The translations under genes and the position numbers were made by a program. Below, piece after piece: positions 48,926-57,700 of a stretch of DNA of 61,134 nucleotides. The DNA comes from a virus. Lineage: Duplodnaviria; Caudoviricetes. The stretch's first letter is position 1. Each line of letters starts with the position of its first letter. The notes beneath the pieces were generated by a model. It made no database searches. It was not told the DNA's origin and worked only from the letters and a program-made list of their open reading frames with translations. The stretch spans positions 1 to 61,134 of the IMG/VR virus record IMGVR_UViG_3300007734_000737, one strand, 5' to 3'.

Positions 48926-51340
48926 ATGATGTCATTAAAGATAAGAAAAAGAGGGGGTGACGAAGTTTCTTTCAACCCCCAAAAAATTTATAATAGAGTT
49001 AAACGTGCCGCAAAAGGATTAAACGTAAACGCGGATGAGGTTTTCATTAAGGTGATTACTTCTGTTCCAACAGAGGGTGTTATTACAACAAAAGAGTTGG
49101 ATAAATTGGTTTACGAGATTGCTGCGGCATATACCGGGAGTCATCACGATTATTCACGGTTAGCGTCATCTGTTGCTATCTCGGCATATCATAAAGAGAC
49201 TGACGCAAGTTTTTGTAACACAATGCACACATTACACATAGATGGTATCATTAACGATAAGTTAATGGAAACTATTGAACTATATGGTCCTCAAAATATT
49301 GATTCTGTAATAAACCACGAGAATGATTACAATTTTGATTATTTTGCGTGGAAATCGTTATCAGAAATGTATTTGTTAAAAACTCCGGAAGGTAGAGTAA
49401 TTGAAAGACCTCAACATATGTATATGAGAGTGGCTTTATGGGTGACTAAGTCGTTTGAAGAGGCGGTTGAATACTATAATTCATTATCAAATCAACTTAT
49501 CTCTCCGGCAACACCTATTATGATTAATGCCGGAACAAGAACACCTCAATTAGCTTCTTGTGTATTAAAATACAATCACGGGGATTCAAGAGAAGGTTTA
49601 TTACAAACATTCAACGACATTTCAACATATTCGTCTGACGCTGCTGGTATTGGATTATGTATGTCTAATATTCGTAGTAAAGAGAGTCGTATTAACTCAT
49701 CAGGTGGATTTGCGGGTGGTTTATTAAAATACCTAAAGATTGTTAACGAAGGACTAAGATTTTTTAATCAACAAGGTAGAAGACCCGGTAGTGCGGCTAT
49801 CTACATTGAACCTTGGCATAAAGACATAATTGACTTACTTGAAATTAAAAAGAACACAGGAGCAGAAGAATTGAGAGCAAAAGATTTGTTTACCTCAATT
49901 TGGTTACCGGACAACTTTATGGAAGCTGTTAAGAATAATGATGATTGGTATTTATTCTGTCCTAATGATATTATTAAAGCGGGTATCAAACCATTACAAG
50001 AAGCGTATGGTGACGAATATGAATCAAACTACAACAAAGCGGTTGAACTTGGTTTAGGTAAAAAAGTAAAAGCTCAGACAATTTGGAATAAAATCATTGA
50101 ATCACAGGTTGAAACAGGTGTTCCTTATTTATGTTCTAAAGATAGTGCAAACAGAAAGACAAATCATCAAAATATTGGGGTAATTAAACAATCTAACCTA
50201 TGTAATGAGATTTACCAATACACCGATGAAACTACTACAGCTATCTGTACATTATCATCTATGGTATTGAAGAATTTTATTGTTAAAGGAGAGTTTGATT
50301 TCAAATTACTTTATAGTGAAGTTAGAAAGGTTGTTAGAGCACTTAACAAAGTCGTTGATATCAACAGTTATTCAACGGAACAAGGAAGAAAAGGTGGGTT
50401 AGAACAAAGAGCAATTGCTATTGGAACACAAGGACTTGCGGATGTATTCTTTTTAATGGATTATCTTTTCACATCTGAAGAGGCAAAACAATTAAACAAA
50501 GAAATCTTTGAAACAATCTACTTCGCGGCAATCACCGAGAGTATGGAATTATGTAAAACAGGTGAATACAAACCATACAAATTCTTTAAAGGGTCTCCGA
50601 TGTCAAAAGGTATTTTCCAATTTGATATGTGGGGGTTAGATTACGAAGGGTTAGGAAGAATGTGGGATTGGGATTCACTTAAATTGGAAGTATCCAACCA
50701 CGGGGTTTGTAACTCGTTATTTACGGCTCAGATGCCGGTAGCATCTTCAGCTAAGATTACAGGTTCATTTGAAATGACAGAACCTGCTCACTCGGCATTA
50801 TTTAATCGTCGTGTAGTTGGGGGAGAAATTTTAATTGTTAACAAATACTTAATTAATGATTTTGAAAAAATTGGTATTTGGTCTGAAGATTTAAAAAATG
50901 AAATCATTATGAATGAAGGGTCAATACAAAATATTAACTTTAATAATTACCTTGACCAAGAAGATAAAAATTATAACAAGAAAGTTAAAAGAATTGAGCA
51001 TTTAATTCCAAAGTACAAAACAATTTGGGAAATATCTCAAAGAGAACTTATTGATATGGCGGCTGACAGAGCACCATTCATTGACCAATCACAATCAATG
51101 AATATCTATATGTCTAATCCAACATTATCAAAGATATCATCATCACACTTCCATTCGTGGGGTAAAGGATTGAAAACACTTTGTTATTATGTTAGAACAA
51201 AGGCGATATCAACCGGAGCTAAACACTTGGCGGTGGACATTTCAAAGGTGAATCAACCAAAACAAATTGAGAAACCAAAAGTTGAATTAACACAAAAACC
51301 AACCGATACGGAATTTGAATGTTTCGGATGTGGTTCTTAA
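48926..51340 (+). CDS. nrdA: Ribonucleotide reductase class Ia alpha subunit with N-terminal ATP cone
   Basis: KRGG ATP-cone start, ERPQ, SPATP, QLASC, SNLCNEI, MPVASS, KTLCYYVR and C-terminal CxxC (CFGCGS). Confidence 0.97.
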   Translation: MMSLKIRKRGGDEVSFNPQKIYNRVKRAAKGLNVNADEVFIKVITSVPTEGVITTKELDKLVYEIAAAYTGSHHDYSRLASSVAISAYHKETDASFCNTMHTLHIDGIINDKLMETIELYGPQNIDSVINHENDYNFDYFAWKSLSEMYLLKTPEGRVIERPQHMYMRVALWVTKSFEEAVEYYNSLSNQLISPATPIMINAGTRTPQLASCVLKYNHGDSREGLLQTFNDISTYSSDAAGIGLCMSNIRSKESRINSSGGFAGGLLKYLKIVNEGLRFFNQQGRRPGSAAIYIEPWHKDIIDLLEIKKNTGAEELRAKDLFTSIWLPDNFMEAVKNNDDWYLFCPNDIIKAGIKPLQEAYGDEYESNYNKAVELGLGKKVKAQTIWNKIIESQVETGVPYLCSKDSANRKTNHQNIGVIKQSNLCNEIYQYTDETTTAICTLSSMVLKNFIVKGEFDFKLLYSEVRKVVRALNKVVDINSYSTEQGRKGGLEQRAIAIGTQGLADVFFLMDYLFTSEEAKQLNKEIFETIYFAAITESMELCKTGEYKPYKFFKGSPMSKGIFQFDMWGLDYEGLGRMWDWDSLKLEVSNHGVCNSLFTAQMPVASSAKITGSFEMTEPAHSALFNRRVVGGEILIVNKYLINDFEKIGIWSEDLKNEIIMNEGSIQNINFNNYLDQEDKNYNKKVKRIEHLIPKYKTIWEISQRELIDMAADRAPFIDQSQSMNIYMSNPTLSKISSSHFHSWGKGLKTLCYYVRTKAISTGAKHLAVDISKVNQPKQIEKPKVELTQKPTDTEFECFGCGS

Positions 51341-51349
51341 TAAGAATAT

Positions 51350-51376
51350 AAATCACGGCTTAGGTCGTGATTTTTT
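51350..51376 (+). terminator. Rho-independent terminator
   Basis: AAATCACGGC-ttag-GTCGTGATTTTTT. Confidence 0.85.
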
Positions 51377-51424
51377 ATTTTGGGGGTATTTATAAAAAAT
51401 AATGACGACACTATATTTATAGTT

Positions 51425-51883
51425 ATGGCAGATGGAATTACATATGGTTTAACTTTTCCCTTCAGAGATTCTTTTGATGGGAAGTATTTAGATTTATCAG
51501 ATTATAATGACCAAGAAGTTAGGTCTAATTTAATACACCTTTTATTATCTAAAAAAGGTAGTAGATATTATTTACCGGATTTTGGTACAAGATTATATGA
51601 ATTTATTTTTGAACCTTTAGACGGTCCTACTTTTTCTGAAATAGATTCAGAAATAAGAGAGGCTGCGGGAGTATATCTACCTGGTATAAGAATTACTAAT
51701 ATTAGTATTACCGCGGCTTCTGATGGAGATGAAGACAAAGGTAGTTATATTAACGATAATGATGAAAGAGTATTTAGAGTACCAAATATGTCAAATAAAG
51801 AACATACCGCAAAAGTTAAAATTGATTATACCATCAATAATGATGTGTTTAATAGTAGTGACTTTGTAATTATTAATATATAA
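51425..51883 (+). CDS. Baseplate wedge protein gp25-like
   Basis: GLTFPF, NLIHLLLSKKGSRYYLPDFGTRLYEFIFEP; ATG at 51425 preferred over the TTG at 51380. Confidence 0.9.
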   Translation: MADGITYGLTFPFRDSFDGKYLDLSDYNDQEVRSNLIHLLLSKKGSRYYLPDFGTRLYEFIFEPLDGPTFSEIDSEIREAAGVYLPGIRITNISITAASDGDEDKGSYINDNDERVFRVPNMSNKEHTAKVKIDYTINNDVFNSSDFVIINI

Positions 51884-51887
51884 AATT

Positions 51888-53726
51888 ATGGCAAATAAGA
51901 AAATTTCCTATACAACAAGGGATTTCCAATCAATTAGAACGGAGTTAATTAACTTTACTAAAACATATTATCCTGATACAATCCAAAACTTTAATGATGC
52001 GTCAGTTTTCTCTGTATTGTTAGATTTAAATGCCGCGGTAACGGATAATTTACAATTTAATATTGATAGAAGTATCCAAGAAACTGTTCTCCAATTTGCG
52101 CAACAAAGGTCGTCAGTATTTAATATTGCAAAAACTTATGGATTAAAAGTTCCGGGGATGAGACCTTCAGTAGCTTTGGTTAATTTCTCAATAACTGTTC
52201 CTGCATATGGGGATAAAGAAGATTTAAGATATTGTGGGATATTACGAAGAGGTTCTCAAGTTAATGGTGCGGGACAAGTTTTTGAAACGGTTTATGATAT
52301 TGATTTTGCGTCACCTATTAATGCGGAAGGTTACCCAAATAGATTAAAAATACCTAATTTTGATTCTAACAATAAATTAATCAATTATACAATAACTAAA
52401 CAAGAAACTGTGGTTAATGGTACTACAAAAGTATTTAAAAAAGTTATAACACCAAATGATGTTAAACCATTTTATGAATTATTTTTACCAGATAAGAATG
52501 TATTAGGTGTGACTAGTGTTTTATTAAAAGATAGTACTCAATATACTAATATTCCATCAGTACAAGAGTTTTTAGGTTTGGATAATAGATGGTATGAAGT
52601 GGATTCATTAGCTGAAGATAGAGTGTTTGTTGAGGACCCTACAAAAGTATCGGATGCTCCGGGAATTAAAGTTGGTAAGTATATTCAAACAAGTACTAAA
52701 TTTATCACTGAATTTACACCTGAAGGGTTTTTAAAAGTTACATTTGGTGGTGGGTCACAATCTGCAGATGAACAACTAAGAGAGTTTGCAAGAAATGGGT
52801 ATCAATTGAATTTATACAAATATTCAAATAATTTAGCATTAGGTACCACATTAAAACCAAACACAACATTATTCATCCAATATAGAGTTGGTGGTGGTGT
52901 TGCTAGTAATATTGGGGTTAATGCGATTACTCAAATTGGTACAGTATCATTTTTTGTTAATGGACCTTCAGATAGTGTAAATACAACAGTGGTTAATTCA
53001 TTAAGATGTACGAATGTTACTGCGGCTATTGGTGGGGCAAGTTTTCCAACAACAGAGGAAGTTAGAAATTTAGTATCCTATAATTTTTCATCACAAAAAA
53101 GAGCTGTAACGGTAAATGACTATGAGTCAATTATTAGAACAATGCCATCTCAATTTGGTGCTCCGGCAAAGGTATCAATAACAGAAAATAATAATAAGAT
53201 AATCGTTCAGATGTTATCTTATGATGAAACAGGTAGATTAACTGAAGTAATATCAAATACATTAAAGAATAATGTTGCAAATTACTTATCAAACTATCGT
53301 ATGATAAATGATTATGTTTCAATACAAAGTGCTAATGTTATTGATTTAAGTTTTAATATTGATGTTGTGTTGGATGGTACCCAAAATCAAGGAACTGTGA
53401 TATCTCAAATAATCACAATTGTTTCTGATTATTTTGACCCAACAAATAGACAAATGGGTGAGAATGTTAATATTTCTGAATTAAGAAGATTGATACAGAG
53501 TGAAAACGGAGTAGTTTCGTTATCTGATATTCAAGTGTTTAATCAAGTTGGGGGTCAATATTCATCATCTCAAACATCTCAAAGATATTTAGATAATACT
53601 ACACATCAAATAGAATTGATTGACGATACTATTTTTGCTCAACCAAATCAAACTTATCAAATTAAATATTCAAACAAAGATATTAACATTAGAGTTAAAA
53701 ATTTAAAAACCGTTAACTTCTCTTGA
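51888..53726 (+). CDS. Baseplate wedge protein gp6-like (baseplate J family)
   Basis: YTTRDFQSIR, YRVGGG...N, QKRAVTVNDY motifs. Confidence 0.9.
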   Translation: MANKKISYTTRDFQSIRTELINFTKTYYPDTIQNFNDASVFSVLLDLNAAVTDNLQFNIDRSIQETVLQFAQQRSSVFNIAKTYGLKVPGMRPSVALVNFSITVPAYGDKEDLRYCGILRRGSQVNGAGQVFETVYDIDFASPINAEGYPNRLKIPNFDSNNKLINYTITKQETVVNGTTKVFKKVITPNDVKPFYELFLPDKNVLGVTSVLLKDSTQYTNIPSVQEFLGLDNRWYEVDSLAEDRVFVEDPTKVSDAPGIKVGKYIQTSTKFITEFTPEGFLKVTFGGGSQSADEQLREFARNGYQLNLYKYSNNLALGTTLKPNTTLFIQYRVGGGVASNIGVNAITQIGTVSFFVNGPSDSVNTTVVNSLRCTNVTAAIGGASFPTTEEVRNLVSYNFSSQKRAVTVNDYESIIRTMPSQFGAPAKVSITENNNKIIVQMLSYDETGRLTEVISNTLKNNVANYLSNYRMINDYVSIQSANVIDLSFNIDVVLDGTQNQGTVISQIITIVSDYFDPTNRQMGENVNISELRRLIQSENGVVSLSDIQVFNQVGGQYSSSQTSQRYLDNTTHQIELIDDTIFAQPNQTYQIKYSNKDINIRVKNLKTVNFS

Positions 53727-53757
53727 TAGAGTTATATTAGTTACTTATTTTTAGGGA

Positions 53758-54669
53758 ATGGAGATATTATCTAATTTTCTTGAAATAATTAAAGGTAACA
53801 ATGGGACTTGGGCTCAGGCAATCTTCAACGGGTTAATTCTAAATATTAGATTTATTCTTGGGTTAGTTATTCTTATTTATTTTATTAAAAAATTAAATAA
53901 AATAAAATCATTTGAAACTTTTATAGTTTTTATTTCTTTTATTTTTATGTTTAGTGAATGTCGTTTATTCTATGATAGACGAAAATTGGAACTTTTACAT
54001 AATGAAGTTTCTTATTTTAACCAAAATACTGAAAATTTAATAATTGTAGTTCAAGGTGCTAATAACCCATTTAGCGATGCTATTGACTATAATAAAACAC
54101 AAGTTGATTTTACGAAATCCCGAGATATAGATGGATTAGGTTTAATTGAAAATAAATTAAGTAATCCAATAACTAAAGTGATTACTTATGTTGGAACTCA
54201 TAGTTATACATTAACTCCGGAAGATGTTTATGAAACTGTGTATTATTTTAGATTATTTAAACCTAAAGGTAAAATAATTTTAGTTGGTCATAGTGTTGGT
54301 GGTTACGGATTGACAGAAGTGTTAGATAAATTAAATGATAATAATGTTTCTGTTGATTTAGTGGTTTTCTTAGATAATGCTAATAAATTATACAATAATT
54401 TTGATTATAATGTTAAATCAAATGTTAAATATGTAATTAATTTTACATCACCAAAATGGGCTGACAATTTTTATTTCTTTACTAATGCGGGTGGAGTGGT
54501 TAGTAGATGTCAAAAAAATAATGTCACAGATATTCTTAATTTAGAAATCCCTAAAACAACTCATACTAGTATTGATAATAAAATACCAAATGATGTATCA
54601 AATATTATTTATGATTACTTAAAAAATAACTCTAATCCAATCAATTTTACCAAAAAATATAAGTTTTAA
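53758..54669 (+). CDS. Membrane-anchored alpha/beta hydrolase (lipase/esterase-like)
   Basis: Two hydrophobic N-terminal segments; IIVVQG oxyanion strand; ILVGHSVGG nucleophile elbow; VDLVVFLD; THTSID His. Confidence 0.75.
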   Translation: MEILSNFLEIIKGNNGTWAQAIFNGLILNIRFILGLVILIYFIKKLNKIKSFETFIVFISFIFMFSECRLFYDRRKLELLHNEVSYFNQNTENLIIVVQGANNPFSDAIDYNKTQVDFTKSRDIDGLGLIENKLSNPITKVITYVGTHSYTLTPEDVYETVYYFRLFKPKGKIILVGHSVGGYGLTEVLDKLNDNNVSVDLVVFLDNANKLYNNFDYNVKSNVKYVINFTSPKWADNFYFFTNAGGVVSRCQKNNVTDILNLEIPKTTHTSIDNKIPNDVSNIIYDYLKNNSNPINFTKKYKF

Positions 54670-54744
54670 ACATAATTTATTTTTAAAAATTATGAATTAT
54701 CTTTTAAAAATAGTGTATAAACTATTTATTAAAAAAGATAAAAA

Positions 54745-57700
54745 ATGTCAAAGTCATATAGAGTAAGAACGAAAGTTGGTGTTGATACTTCTTTGAAGGT
54801 ATTAATTGAACAAGAATTCGAACATTTAGAAATTCTATCCTTAAAAATATTACAAAGCGATATCTATACAAGACAATGTGCCGATTATGGTGTCATAATA
54901 GGTCGTGTTAGTGTTAATAATGGATTTGGTATCCCAAATGCCAAAGTTTCTATCTTTATACCTATAGATAGTAAAGACCAAAGAAATCCAATAATTTCCG
55001 AATTATATCCATATAAATCATTACAAGATAATAATGATGACGGGTATAGATACAATTTATTACCATATGTTAAATCATACAGTGCTCACGTACCAACAGG
55101 GACTTTCTTCACTAGAACAGATGTTTTAACTAATCCGGTGTTAATTGAGGTTTATGATAAATATTATAAATATAATGCGGTAACAAATCAAAGTGGGGAT
55201 TATATGATTTTTGGAGTTCCGGTTGGTTCTCATACTATTGTAATGGATGTTGACTTATCAGACATAGGTGAATTTTCATTATCACCACAAGATTTAATTA
55301 GAATGGGGTTGGCAACAGAGGCTCAAGTTTCTGGTACCAATTTTAAATCTTCAAATAACTTACGAGAATTACCTCAAATTATTAATCTTAGTAAATCTAT
55401 TGAGGTGGAACCATTATGGGGACAACCTGAAATTTGTAACTTAGGTATTACAAGAACTGACTTTGATTTAAGTAGTGAGGCTAAAATTGATATTAGACCA
55501 ACATCTGTGTTTATGGGGTCAATAATTTCTGATACAGATGGGAATGCCTTAAAATCTAGTTGTAAACCAACAAATGACTCAGGTCATTTATGTAGTTTAA
55601 TTGCAGGTCCTGGTGAGATATTATCAATTAGGCAAACAATACGACAAGATGCTAATGGTTTACCTATCCTTGAAAATTTTAGTTTAGAGGCTGGAGGTAA
55701 AGTAATTGATGAAAATGGTACTTGGTTAATCGACGTACCAATGAATTTAGATTATTATACTACTAATGAATTTGGGGAGCAAGTAATATCTAACGACCCT
55801 GAAGTAGGTATACCAACTAAGGCAAAATATAGATTTAAAGTAAAGTGGGCTCAATCATCATCATTATCTGAGGTGACTAAACGAGCACATTTTTTAGTTC
55901 CAAATATTAGAGAGTATGCGGGTAATTTAGACGACTCGTATGCTTTTAGTGTTGATTGGAATGATTATGGGAGTACACAAATGATTCAAGATGCGATAAA
56001 TTGTGAGGATAAATTTTATTTAATGCAATACAATAAAGTTTACACAGTTTCTGAGTTTATATATAACCATACTTATGGTAGCGGTACTGAAAGATATATT
56101 GGTATTAAAAATATATTAGAACCGGCTTGTGAAAGTACTAATAATAAATTTCCAACTAATGACGCTAATTTTAGATTTGATATTCTCTACATAATTTTTA
56201 TGTTTTTCAGTATTATATTGACACCTGTATTTTGGGCTTTAATACTCATAATGCACATTTTATATTTTGTTGTGATTATATTGAGAAAGTATGTTATATA
56301 TGGGTTAATGACTTGGATTGGGTATATGATTCTTAATGAATTTATTTTAATTGTAGGTTCTATTCCATATGCTCTTGGACAAATTGCTGGACACATTGGA
56401 ATGATAATTGTTTATGGTATATTTTTAGCTCTATTAAATTGGATTTTAAATGAATTAAATAAATTAGATTTAAAAGGTATTAAAGTTCCTATTTTAACAT
56501 ATCCGGATTGTGGTATGTGTGATTGTAAACAAGGTGACCCAGTTAATGAAAATGCTAATGGTGATGGTCCTCCTAGAGATGAGCCACCTAAATTATCTCC
56601 TTGTGCAACAATTATTTCGGATAAAACACCGATTAATTCATTAAGTAGAGGTGGTTCAATTGTTCAATTAAGTACTTTTGCGGCATTTAAAGTTCCAACA
56701 TATAATTATGAATTTTCGCCTAATGGATTTGTTTCACTACAAAAAGTTATTTTTACAAATAACTTTGCTGGATATACCTACGATGGTCAATTTGGGTCTG
56801 CAACTATTGGAGCGCCTTATTTGCAATCTGAAGTCACTACAACGGGTGATGGGGGTAATACATCCTCAAAAAATTGGGATTGGTTTACAAATGGATTACC
56901 TATTGCTGATAGAATTAATTTATTTAATGTTAAGGCAAAATATTTTGATGGAAGTTCAAATAATCCTGGAGGTGGTGTTAATAGAATTTCTGTAAATTTT
57001 GAACCAATTTTACCCAATGTACATTATGACAATACTATTGTACTTTTGTGTGATAAGGCGTCACTAACAAAATTTGTTGCGGGAGAAATGATTACATTTC
57101 AAAATCCTACTTATAGTAAAGACCCAAATTTAACAAAAGGTATTAAAAATAAATTTGGTAATAGAGCGGTTACGGGTACAACTTTTACAGGTCAAACAAA
57201 AGTTCAATTAAATTATGCAAACCCTAATGGTAATGGTAATATACCAACACCAAATTATAATGTTAATTTATTTGCTGGTCAATATAGTGCTAAAACGACA
57301 ACAAATTTTCATAAATTCCCAATTGATATAGAATATTTCCAAGTTATTACCGGAATGACTTATAATCAATTTAATAGTAAATGTGTTAATCAATTACAAA
57401 ATTCATTAAATGTTAAGTATTTTAGAAATAAAACAACATTTTATCAGTTATATAATAATGAAAATGGTTTGCCAGCTAATGCTTCGGATAATGGTACCAT
57501 TGGTTATATTAATGGTATCTTAACATTTCCACCACCACTTGGTACAGTACCATCTGGTGTTGTATCGTTAGATTCTATGCAGTATGTTGCTAATTCAGGT
57601 GAAACTTGTGTTGTTATATTAAATAGAGGTGTTGACCCGTATTCTAGTAAAATTGACATTGAATATGGTTTAGGTAAACTTTTTGGTTATAATTCTGAAA

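Noticed and set aside
12354-51340. Inteins or group I introns in polB, helicase, recA, nrdA or nrdB
   Set aside because: All are continuous and of ordinary length with contiguous catalytic motifs; no intein splice ends or split frames were seen.
51380-51424. Extended TTG start for the gp25-like gene
   Set aside because: The extension directly follows the terminator and overlaps two TATTTAT motifs; the ATG at 51425 gives a typical N-terminus.
21705-53726. Bacterial extracellular contractile injection system or T6SS locus
   Set aside because: The tail genes are interleaved with phage replication genes and head-tail neck genes.
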